64,000 nt of DNA from Cladosporium halotolerans (Eukaryota), in the NCBI RefSeq assembly GCF_011745625.1, contig NW_027191460.1, positions 682,001-746,000 on the forward strand, written 5' to 3'. Below are positions 44,668-55,437 of this stretch, in pieces. A program made the translations under genes and the position numbers. How positions within the stretch are numbered: the stretch's first letter is position 1; each line of letters begins with the position of its first letter. The notes beneath the pieces were generated by a model. That model saw only the letters and a program-made list of their open reading frames with translations, had not been told where the DNA came from and searched no databases.

Positions 44668-46131
44668 CTACCTGCTCGAGTTCTCCACCCCGAGCACTCC
44701 CGTCCCTTTTCCATGCAGGCTCTCGCCGACTCTATCAGCGAATCCTTTCAAGCCTGAGCTCCGCGAGCGCTTGCGCGGGCTTCGACGCAGTTGCTGCTGT
44801 GCTTGGGCTTCCTCTGCGCTTTCTTCGGCTAGCACGGCTTTGCCACCGCCCTGCTTGTCGTCGAGCACTTGTTGTCGGCTTCCGAGCGCCTGAAGCTTGG
44901 CTTTGCCGGCTGGGATGGATGGCTCAAGAGCAGGCTGAGCGGCGCGGGCTGTCGAGGTGGCTTCCGTAGCTTCGTTTGAGTATGGCTGGGCGGACTGCTT
45001 GCTCTCAGCAGGAGACGAAGCAGTGACCGCGGGGGAGTTGTTGTCGGCATCGACCTTCTTCTGCGCGGCGATACGGGCGCGCTCGTACCTCGCAGAGACG
45101 TCGCCGCCCGTCCACTTGGTGCCTAGAATGCCGTCCCAGAAGGTGAAGAAGGGCTGGCTGAAGTTGGTCTTGATGCCCCAGCTTTGGTGGTGCACATCGT
45201 GGTAACCCGCGTTGTTGCTCGTGACGTGCTGCAACGGGTCCCAGGGGAATGCATAACCGCAGTGGTCGTCAACGGTCTTGACTGTGCTCATGGTGAAGAA
45301 CCACATGCTCTGCCTGCAGGTCATTCCGGTTAGGAGGTATGCAATTCCGGCGCCACAGGTGTCAAGGAGGAAGCCTTCAAACGGGTGGTTGTAGAGAGCC
45401 CCGTAGGCGTAAGGGACGTAGAGACGGTGGTGACGGGAGTGGAAAGTGGTGTACAGCCACTTGTTCATGTGCATGGCGCGATGCAGGAAATATTGCCATG
45501 TGTCGACAATGAGAATGGCGATGACGAACTGCATGGCTGGGATTCCAAGGTGGTAGATGGCTTTCGCAGCGTTGATCTCCCAGCTTGCAAAGGCAGGCGC
45601 CAATGTCTCCTGTCCAGCGAGCAACACGGTCTGAGTGAGCTCGGGATAGATGCCGCCAGCAAGCGCGCCAGAAAGCATTGGCTGCTCTTGTCCAACGCGC
45701 TTAGCGATTCCAACGGCGTCCAATCCAACCAAGCTCAGCAGTCCTGGAATGGCCCTCTGTGCAATCCGAAGTCTTTGTGCCCAGACTGACACGTCGTAGT
45801 CAGCCTTGCCCTGCATGGGCTCCGGGTCCGTCAATGCGAGGCCCAGTCCGACAACCGTCTGTATGCCTTGTTGGATGATCACATCTCGAAAAACGTCCCA
45901 TCTGGAAACATGGTTCCTCTTGAGCACCTCGGCAGGGGTGTGAAGTCGGTATTGTGGGAACATGTCAAGCTCGTCAATGACATGGAAGAGCAAAGACATT
46001 GCCCAGTATGCAAGGACGGGCAATGCCAGCGAAAGGTAGGCATCGGAGATCCATGGGAGGAGAGGCGGCAGCGGTTCAAGGGTGTATTCGGGCAGCGGCG
46101 GAAGCTCGGAAGAGGCCGTCATGTTGGCCAT
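44668..46131 (-). CDS. SUR2: Sphinganine C4-hydroxylase
   Basis: His boxes DTWQYFLHRAMH, HSRHHRLYVPYAYGALYNHP, KTVDDHCGY and HDVHHQSWGIKTNFSQPFF. Start at 46131 or upstream. Confidence 0.95.
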   Translation of the reverse strand: MANMTASSELPPLPEYTLEPLPPLLPWISDAYLSLALPVLAYWAMSLLFHVIDELDMFPQYRLHTPAEVLKRNHVSRWDVFRDVIIQQGIQTVVGLGLALTDPEPMQGKADYDVSVWAQRLRIAQRAIPGLLSLVGLDAVGIAKRVGQEQPMLSGALAGGIYPELTQTVLLAGQETLAPAFASWEINAAKAIYHLGIPAMQFVIAILIVDTWQYFLHRAMHMNKWLYTTFHSRHHRLYVPYAYGALYNHPFEGFLLDTCGAGIAYLLTGMTCRQSMWFFTMSTVKTVDDHCGYAFPWDPLQHVTSNNAGYHDVHHQSWGIKTNFSQPFFTFWDGILGTKWTGGDVSARYERARIAAQKKVDADNNSPAVTASSPAESKQSAQPYSNEATEATSTARAAQPALEPSIPAGKAKLQALGSRQQVLDDKQGGGKAVLAEESAEEAQAQQQLRRSPRKRSRSSGLKGFADRVGESLHGKGTGVLGVENSSR

Positions 46132-46796
46132 TATCGATGCGGATGACGATGGGTATGTGAGGATGTATGCGCGTGATATTATGGACGCGCCGGAGGGCGC
46201 AATGGGTGGTGGATCAATCAGTCCACTTTGTTCCGGTATCGCTTGCTGGGCCACGCGATCAGGAGACGGCTAGTGTTTGGCGAGAGGGCGAGGAAGCGGC
46301 GGGAATAGCAAGTGCTGGCTGGCGGGTGCAAAGGAGCGTATATCGGTCAATGTCGATTATGTAGGAGGTAGAGCGGGAGGTGAGGCGGGTGGTGCAGTGG
46401 TGGTGGTGTGATTGTTGTGAGGAAGAGCGAGCGGGCTCAGGCTGCAATTGAGGGCGGCTGGCGGCGCTCTGCACGTCACGCAGATTTGCCTCTGCGCCCG
46501 CTGGCCCCAGACTTTGCAGACAGCGGGACCCGCAGCTCGCCGCTCATCTCGCGTCGGCCCTCGCGTTTCTGCGATTCCCGCGTGGCAAATCGCATCCGCC
46601 ACCAGCCCTGCAGCGGCTCGCGGGCTCCTCTTTCGTCATCCATACTATCGCTTGATCGTGTGCTGGAGCACTATCAGATCAGATGGAGATACCACATAAT
46701 CACTTTCTTTCTAGTATCCTGGCGCTGCCATTCCGTCTCCCCGCTCCGTATTTCATGTTTTGACACCCATTCTCCTGCCTCTGAACAAGGTACACC

Positions 46797-47662
46797 ATGT
46801 CCTCCGACGCCTGCGCCACCTGCGCCCAAATATATTCAACTCCCTCCGAGAAACCGCTCTTCCCAGGTCGGATGCTCCCTTGCTGTAGTCGCACCATCTG
46901 TGCCCGATGTCTGAACCAGAACAAGCGCTACGAGACATATTGTCCATACTGCCAGATCAGCACAGCGCCCTCGAGCTTGCCGCAAGGACTCCGTGACCCG
47001 CCGGCTTATTCCTCGCTTGACGGATCGAGCACACCGACGTCGAAGGAAACGAGCGGAGATGAGGCTCTACCGCCGTATGAAGCGCGGGGATATACAGGCA
47101 GTAAGGCCGACGACAAAGGTGCTTCAGCGCCGGCAGAGGATGTATTGCATTTTATTGCACCGGCAGATTCTATGAGGTCGCTTGCGCTGGCGTATGACGT
47201 CCCCATAGAGGCGCTAAGGAAGACGAATAATGTCTACTCGGATCACCTGGTGCAAGCAAGGAAGACGCTATTAATTCCTGGAGAGCATTACAAAGGCGGT
47301 GTATCGCTGAGCCCGCAGCCGTTGGAGAGCGAGGAAGAGGAGATCAAGAAGAATAAGCTGAGGAGATGGATGATGGCCTGTAAGGTTGCAGAGTAAGTGT
47401 CGTTCAGCGTGTTATTGCTGTATACTGTTTGGTCATCAGGACTGATGAGCTGACAAGTTTATCTATTTCGCTCAGGTATGATGTAGCTACATTATACATG
47501 CAGCAAGCGGAATGGGACCTCGACGCCGCTGTCGAAGCATACCAAGAGGATGAGAGGTGGGAGAAAGAGCATCCTATGCAAGCGCGAGAAAAGGGCAAGA
47601 GAGCCAAAAGCGTGGGTATGAGGCGTTTTGTTGGCTCCAGTAGTGCTGCAGGCCAGTCATAG
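46797..47662 (+). CDS. Intracellular LysM protein with N-terminal Cys-rich zinc-finger-like and C-terminal UBA-like regions
   Basis: CATC..CC....C..C..CPYC, then LysM (LHFIAPADSMRSLALAYDVPIEALRKTNNV..LLIP). Intron 47393-47475 is followed by YDVATLYMQQAEWDLDAAVEAY. Confidence 0.85.
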
Positions 47663-47909
47663 CAACACCAGAGGGGAGTGTTCAGAGGAAAAGGTGCGAT
47701 ATGAAGAGACGGACACTCAACTTGCGCGGCGGAGCTGCATTGAGCGGCCCGTGGTTCAACAAACGTCCATACAACGAAGACACGAATACAGCCAGCAATG
47801 CCTTGTAGCTCAGCTCCGACTCGCCCTTTTTGATGGTCTTGGGCTCGAGATTACGATTATCATTCTTCTCTTTGCCGCTACAGTCTTGCAGTGATCGTGC
47901 CTGCGGCTA

Positions 47910-48596
47910 ACAATCCGTCGTTCTCGTACCATGGCTTACACCTCGTGTATGCGAAGTGGGATTGGGAAGAGGACCCGGTCATTACAGTCCGTCGGATCGA
48001 TAAGATGCACCTCTCATCTCGAGGAACTTCGTGGCGAAGGTCCGACGGCATTTCGAGTTGGTCCTGGAAAGGGATGGAGGGCCGACCTGCTCACGTTGAG
48101 GTCATCTCGCCACATGAGGAGGTTGAGTTTGTTCAGAACGGAAAATCGCTTGGGAGGAAAGCTGGTGGGTATGAGCGGAGTTTCACGACCAGCTTCCGCG
48201 CTTGCCTACTCGAAGGGCAAGGTTGTTGCTCGGTCCAATCTCAAGGCTGCTGGCAAGACCACGCTGAAAGCTCGCACGGAGAAGCAGGCGCCTCTGGTTG
48301 CTGACGGGCAGAGTCTGGCGTACCTGAACATCGAGCTCTCGGATGCTGAGGGTGTCGTAGAGATGCTTGATGATGATGAGCTGACTATTGAAGTGCAAGG
48401 GCCTGCTTCTCTGATCGGCTTCGGCAGTGCTGCGAAATCGATGGAGGAGAGGTTCGACGACAATGTTCATACAACTCACCAAGGACGAGCTTTGGCGGTG
48501 ATTAGGTCTGGGAAGAGTGCTGGTAAGGTCAATGTTACCGTTGAGAGTAAGCGGCACGGGAAGGCTGTTGTGCAGCTGGATCAGGTTGCCGTATAG
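47910..48596 (+). pseudogene. C-terminal remnant of a GH2 beta-galactosidase-like glycosidase
   Basis: SSWSWKGMEGRPAHVEV..EEVEFVQNGKSLG in one frame; LVADGQSLAYLNIELSD..GPASLIGFGS..QGRALAVIRSG in another. Frameshift at ~48200; no catalytic domain upstream. Confidence 0.8.
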
Positions 48597-49049
48597 ACCT
48601 TTTATCGTGCTGCATCGATTGTTGTGCATTCAGTGCAACGAACGATAAACTTTTCGCGGCTCTAGGCAGGGATCGAGTTGCATGTGTAGGAGCTTACGGA
48701 AGTGACTAAAGTGGACGCATTCCTATTCAGGACTTTTGTTTATATCTCAAACCCCGACAATGCCTCAATGCCGCTTAGGAAACAACCGATCTATCTCAAA
48801 GCAGGCCGAGCACCTGACTGACATCCAGGGTGCATGATCCGCTGATCTTCCCATACAGTGGGTCAGTCAGTGACACCCAATCGCGGCCCGCATGCAAAGA
48901 AACACAAACGCCGGGTATACCCTTTCCGTCGTAGTCGTCATCAAACTATTCCTCTTCGTCGCTCTCTCTTCTCCAAAAGAGAAAAGAAGGAAAGGAAACC
49001 TCCAAAGTCTCACGGTGAGACTGCCTTTCCCAACACTCTCAAGCTCATC

Positions 49050-49910
49050 TCACGAAACACTTCCGCGAAACCTCTTCGGCTCCTCCGTATAACTATACGG
49101 CGCCGTCTCCTTCGACTTGGTCTTCAGGTCCATCCGCTTCCACATTCCAACGTGATCAATTCCTTCCTCGTCCCAGATTCCCATCCCCTCATCGACCTCA
49201 AAACCCCACCGGCTCCAGAATTTCTGCAGCCCGATCTGCGCGTGGATGAGGACGAGGCCCGTCCACTCCGTTCCCATGTCGAGAATGTCGCCGACGGCGT
49301 CGCGGAGTTCTTCCTTCGTGGCGGCTGAGGGCGGGTCGGAGATCACGTGCGGGTAGTCGTGGGCCATGGTCAGCGCGGAGTCGACGAGCAATTTCGAAAC
49401 GCCGACGCCGCGGAATTCCTTGAGGATGGCCAGGCGGCCGAGTTTGATGAAAGGCTCTTTGCCGTTGTGGAAGGAGGGTTTGACAGTGCCCTCATACGGG
49501 GTTCCGTCGAGGTGGCGGTGCTTGTCGAAGTGGTGCAGAGCGGCGTTGGGAGGGGGGACGAGTCTGATCGTGCCGATGGGCAGCTTTGTCGACGTGCTCT
49601 GGCGGCGGTTCGGGTGCAAGGCATTGGTGGACACAGGCTGCATGTGACCTGGAACGGAGGCGTACGCGGTCCAAGTGAAACAGCGACGGTCGTCGAAGTC
49701 GAGCTCGTTCTCGAGCACCACCCCTTGCTCCTTGACGAAGACCTCCTCGCGCACGCTCATGGCGTCGATGAAGCCTTGCGGGACAGATTTCGCAGGGTCG
49801 GTGGCATCATTCTTGGGCTGGTTGGACGGTGGGCTAGTGCGATCGTAGAGAGCCAGGCGCTCTTTCAGAGGGAGGATGAAATCGACGAAGTCGGAGTTGG
49901 TCGAGATCAT
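49050..49910 (-). CDS. GNAT family N-acetyltransferase (ElaA/YjcF-like)
   Basis: AMSVREEVFVKEQGV, PIGTIRL, KLGRLAILKEFRGVG and HAQ..FW..GF..WDEEGIDHVGM. An in-frame acceptor at ~49961 may add an upstream exon. Confidence 0.9.
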   Translation of the reverse strand: MISTNSDFVDFILPLKERLALYDRTSPPSNQPKNDATDPAKSVPQGFIDAMSVREEVFVKEQGVVLENELDFDDRRCFTWTAYASVPGHMQPVSTNALHPNRRQSTSTKLPIGTIRLVPPPNAALHHFDKHRHLDGTPYEGTVKPSFHNGKEPFIKLGRLAILKEFRGVGVSKLLVDSALTMAHDYPHVISDPPSAATKEELRDAVGDILDMGTEWTGLVLIHAQIGLQKFWSRWGFEVDEGMGIWDEEGIDHVGMWKRMDLKTKSKETAPYSYTEEPKRFRGSVS

Positions 49911-51224
49911 GGCGTCGAGGTCGGAGCCGGCGCCGACCGGCTGGGATTCGCGGATTACGTCTGGTGAGGGTTTGTTAGTTTCAATCTTTGTGCATGGATC
50001 CTCCTTTCAGCGCAGCGTGGTTGTGGCATGTGGTTGGTGTGGTGGGCGTGGTGACACGCGGGTCATCAAGGTGCGTGGGCGCGCATATACACGGCCACAT
50101 GCGGTCGTTGCGCGCGCAGGCAGTCACATCGCTGGTGATGGAGGGGTCAGTCGCACCTTCCATGTTTGCTGTTTTTTCTTTGCTTGTGACCGTGCGGTTA
50201 ATGCGAAGGCTGCAGCGTTGCCTTGCTCCCTGAGACAATTTGGCAGCCTGCCTCGAGTTGGTGGTGGGGTTGAAGGTGGCGATGCACTGTAGGGTCTAGT
50301 ATGGGAGTGTGATATTGAGGTGTGGTGGGAGAAATAATCAGATCTGGAAAAACGAAATGGTTCTATCAAAGACTACACTGCCAAGCAAGGGCATCGAGGT
50401 ACCTCACGGGCAGCAGCGAGAGATTAAGTGAGGTGCGGCGGCGGGCGGCGCCCGGAGAGCTCCCCGTGCTGCGTGTGGGGCGAGGCTGTGAGGGCCGCGG
50501 TGCGCTCGCCAGGGATGATGTCAAGCCTGCGCCGCATTGCGCGACTAAAGCCCGAGTTTGTGACTGATAATTATTTGATCAACAAATCTTCCCTCGCCCG
50601 ACCGGCAGCAGTGACTAGTGCGCGCACACTGCCGACCGACTGCCGATAAGTCGCCATACCGTTGTCTGTTGCCCCACCGAGCATAGAACCAGCGGTCATG
50701 CGTACACCATGAAACGCGTAGACGTCTGCACGGCTATCTGTTACAGTAGAACAGCTGCGCCTCCCACCCGACTTATGCATCCAGTCGTCTGGAGGTGGAG
50801 CACTTTTCGCTTCCACCTCGGTAGACACTGCACCCCTCATGCTGGCGCCAGCAATCATACCTATCCTCCCTGCCGAACCACGTCAGGATCTCTGTCCACG
50901 TACACGTAAGAAAGTCTGCACGGCCGAGCGACGCGTGCGATGTGTCTCCTGTCCAAGGTTTGAGGTTGTCGATCTCTTCAGGCAGCAATTGCTGCGTGCG
51001 TGCCTGATTTTAATGACAATCGCTGCAGCTTTGTGCAATACTGACTCGGTAATCCGATGCATGGCTTTTGAAGGACTTTAGGTGCAGTCCATGTTGCGCT
51101 CCGACCCAGACGTCCAAGGGAGGATTTTGTCTTCGTGGGCACATCCCATTGCGATTTCGAAATGCTCTCAATGTCCTTTCCAGTCAAGCGTTATCGGCTG
51201 TGTCGATTCGATCCTCATTTCCCC

Positions 51225-52138
51225 TCATCTCAAATCGGGCTCCAGCATCCAGTCCGCAAGCCTAATATTGTTGCCCTCTTTCTTCTCCTTAGCCGGCCCA
51301 ACTGCCGCCCTGAGCGGTAGCGCATTTGCACTCCTCGCACCAAGCGCCTCCCCTCTCTGCACACCCTGCGCCTCATCGCGCGCAAATATCTGCACGGCCC
51401 TTAAGTGCGTATCCTTTCCGTTCTGGTGATTCTCCAAAATCCGCACCTGCACCACAAACGCCCGCAATACCGGCCTCTTGCTCCAGTCGATCTCGCGCGG
51501 CTCTTGAAGATTCTCTTCGTCCTCGTCCTGCTCGATCGGCCCAACATTGCTGAAGTCGACGTCGATCCATCCCGTCGGCTGTTCGAAGCTCATCTCCGCG
51601 AATTCTTGCACGTCGTGCGCGCCCATGCCCGCCAGGAACTGGATCTTGGTCGGCGTGTAGGATTCGTCAGATTCGAAGTCTAGGAAGATCCGCATGTGCA
51701 CGATGCTGACGAGCTTGAAGAAGTGGATGCTGAGGAGGTGGGGCTGGGGTCCGTCGGATTGCCAGAACTGCGAGAGGTCTGGGTTGCGGAGGGCTGCGAC
51801 TCCGTTGCCTGGTTTAGCGGTGGTTACGGTCCAGGAGGCGAGAGAGGAGATTTCTTTGAGGCCGGGTGGAGGGAAGGGCGCGTCTTCTAGGGGTTCATCT
51901 GCGGTGGCATGTCAGGTACCCTTCGAATGGGCGGTGAATGTGTGAAACAGGCGGAGGCAGCGAGTGCTTGCAACGTACCATTGGCCTCGAACTCTTCCTC
52001 CAGCTCCCCGTCGTCTCCCTGCTCGTACTGCGTGGGAATGTCATCCTCGGCTGCCAAAGCCTCGCTCAAAGCTCCGGCGCTGACTTCGCTGTAGCGCTGG
52101 CTGCGCGAGGCAGCTTGCCGGCGGGTGGAGGTTGGCAT
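51225..52138 (-). CDS. APC10: Anaphase-promoting complex subunit 10 (Doc1)
   Basis: Intron 51978-51899; LKEISSLASWTVTTAKPGNGV, FWQSDGPQPHL, DESYTPTKI and ENHQNGKDTHLR motifs. Confidence 0.95.
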
Positions 52139-53715
52139 GTTGCGGCCTCACTGGTGTTTCGCCAAGTTCGTAGTTCAGCCGGTGGACATGACCACCTCCC
52201 GCCTGGTCAGTGCGGAACTATTGGTCGCGCGGGCGGAGAACTGCAATCGTGCGCAAGACGCGGGAAACGTAGAAGGCGAGACGCAACGGCGATTGCGCTT
52301 CCCTTCCCTGACACTGGCACGGCTGGCTGGCTGGCTGAGGGCCCTCGGGCGTCTGTGCAGGCAGCTGGCGTCGCCGGCCCAACTCAAAACATCACCTGAA
52401 ACGCGAACATGCGCCACCTGCTCCGCTCTATGTTAGTGACACGCGACTTTTTCTTATTTTCGACGCCCGATCCACACGCGGGATGGTCGCTTGAATTGTG
52501 CGTCTTGATGCAGCGCTGCTTGGTGCTGCGTCTTCGCTCGTCTCGTGGCCTCGGACTGCCGAATGCATGCACTCCATCAGTGTATGGCTGCATTAGGAGA
52601 TCCTTCGCTACACAAGAGCCATCAAATCATTTCCTTGATCCATTTAGCCGCATCCTTCCGCAAATTGAGGGCGGCACGTCGGTATGATGTCTACGGCGGC
52701 AGGGCAGGGCAGGCCAGGATGCCTTGCATAAGTCGAGCACTTAGCCCAGACCTCAACGAGCTCAGGCCTACGGCTCCTTCCTGGCCTTGCTGTGACATCT
52801 TCCGCATCGTGAAAGGAGTCCCTGCTTCTCACGATCCTCGCGCCATCTCTCGATTAAACTAGCCTCCGTCACTGGTCAGTGGGGATTGCGCACTGTTATC
52901 GAGGGACAAACGCCACGCGGCTCAAGACGTCGCACCACGGAAGTAAGCAGCCGCTATTTGACAATCACTCCAACAAATTGATTAAAGATCTGCAGATTCC
53001 TTGCAGCCATCCTGCCGTGTCGCGCGGGCGACACAGTCTGGGCGCTTAGAGACTGGTTGAATGACAACGTCGTGAACATACGGCATGGTTCTGGGATCAA
53101 TTGGTAACGAACTGCTGGTAGTACCGTGAACGACGGAGACGTTCCTCCGTCCCAGCAAATAGTTACGACCTGCTCTTCTTCACATGTGTCTTCACAGAAC
53201 TCTAGCAGCGGCATTAGTACCTCTTCTATACCCGGCCCAGGTCAAGATCGACTCGGGAGCCCTAAAAGGTGGGCCCCGCCGCCACGCTACATGCCCTACA
53301 TATGCGAATGATCGACATTGCCAATGCATCTCATCCGCACCATAGATGGTAGGTCAGTAGGGTTTCATGCAACGGAATAACATGGCGGTCGTCGTCGACC
53401 GCCGAGGCTGGCGCTGGCACGCCTGATCTCTTCATCAGTCGGTCCCAGGGAGTCGGTCGGAAAGACCTTTCTTCACGTCACGTCCGCTTGACTTCGTTCC
53501 TTGTGTTTGGGTGACTGCCTCCGACTCGTGACGGTCTGGGACCGTGGTTTGAACACTTTAGGCGAGACTGTTGACTCTGCGAGTTGACCTCCGCCACTGG
53601 AGCCTTTGTTGGCGTAACAGCACTCTCCCTCTTTATCTCTTTCGCTACTTGGCTGGTCACCAGCACCTCTGGTTTCCTGGATCGTCGACCCGGTTGTCGA
53701 CACCTTCCCTTTGCG

Positions 53716-55314
53716 ATGGCCGCACCGACGAGCGACGTCGAGGCGGCGCGCCAACGCGGAACCCACATCACCGCCGTCACAGTGGCTTTTCTTGCCATCG
53801 CTTGGATATCGGTACTTGCGCGGACATGGGTGCGGGCATTCATGATTCGAAATTACGGTTGGGATGATGCAGTCATGCTGCTGGCAGTGGTATTTTGCTC
53901 CCATCCCCGACGCTCGGTTTGATCTTCGTTAACGAGACACAGATGGCGTACACTCTCTATGCTGGCTTCAACCTACTACTTGTATCTTGGGGATTTGGGA
54001 ATCCGGACTTGGCCTTGGATGACTACGCTTTTGTGTCGAAGGTCGCTTCAGTAAGTTCGCTTCTTTTTGCCTGCACTGATACTAATGTTGTGGCTGCTTG
54101 GACACCATCTTGAATAATACCAAGCCCAACTTTCAGTCGTACACCTCACTTGATGCCACGAGCATGAACCAATTGCTGACCGCACGAAGTACATCCTAGC
54201 CACCTTCTCCCTCTACGCCGCAACGATGGTTATTCTCAAGATCTCTCTTGGCATCTTCTATCTCCGCATTGCAGTCGCACGCTGGCAGAAAATCACAGTC
54301 TATGTCACTGTAGGCATCGCCGCGATATTCGGCACATATTACTTCTTCGCCGTCCTCTTCGAATGCGGCACGCCATCCACCTTCCTTTCCCGCGCCCTGC
54401 AAAATAAATGCAACAGCACTCCCGAGACCCGCTTCGCGATCAACATCACCGCCGGCATCATCAACGCCACTTCGGATTTCATCCTCGCGATCCTCCCCGT
54501 CACCCTCCTCCGCCGCGCCGCCATGCCTTTCCCAGCCAAAGTCTCCGCTCTCGCGATGATCCTCCTCGGCTGCACCGGCAGCGCCGTCTCCGTCGTCCGC
54601 CTCGTCTACATCCACGGCCTGACCTACTCCACCGACTTCTTCTCCGCCGGCGTCAACATCACCATCTGGTCGATCGTCGAAGCAGGCTTGTGCATCACCG
54701 CCGCTTCCCTCGCGACTCTGCGCCCGCTTTTCACATGTTTCACCGACGCGGCGCGCAGGACGATCGAGTCCAATCGCTCCGATTCCTTGACCAGCCTGTC
54801 CAATGCCAACCACTCCATCAGCAAACCTTTCCCGCTGAAAGAAGACGAGGAGAGCAAACATCAGCACTCCGACTCCGGCATCAGCATGCCTGCATCCCCA
54901 CCTCCCCGCTCACCAGACTCGGCCAACTGGCCTCTCAAACCCCCCGCCATGACGAAAGTCGAGACCGAGCCCCGCGACCTCGACGACCTCGTCCCGCGCA
55001 CGGGCGTCACGCGGAAAGCGAGCATCAGCCATGGCAAAGTGCAGTGGTTGGATCCGAGGGTCGAGACGCCGTCGCCGGGGCCGGGGCTCGTGCTGGGGGG
55101 TAAGTTGAGGAAGCAGGCGAGTGTTCATCTGCAGCGGAAGCCTTCTAAGCCGAAAAAAGGGAGTGGGATTGTAAGTGGCGCCGAGGGGTCTTCGCTGGGA
55201 ACTACGTGGTTTGATGATGGTGGGGCTAGGATGGAGGAGGTTGGTGTTGGGGCCTGGAGGGTTGTTGATGGGAAGGGTGGTGATAAAGATAAAGAGAAGA
55301 GAACGGGAACATGA
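53716..55314 (+). CDS. PTH11-like integral membrane protein (fungal rhodopsin-domain GPCR-like)
   Basis: Introns 53890-53942 and 54051-54189; motifs R..VR..GWDD, KISLGIFYLRI, SDFILAILP and WSIVEAGLCITAASLATLRPLF; seven hydrophobic segments. Confidence 0.9.
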
Positions 55315-55437
55315 TGTGCTGAGTTGATGTCTCTTTGTTCTGAAGTCATAGTATGGGGGAAGAAAGTCACGTCCTTCTGAACACGCATGCCGATGCTCAA
55401 CCGATGCCGATGCTCAACGCATGTCGCAAGGTCGCTG

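Noticed and set aside
50793..50820. Isolated hairpin GAGGTGGA..TCCACCTC
   Set aside because: A single short inverted repeat with no supporting context.
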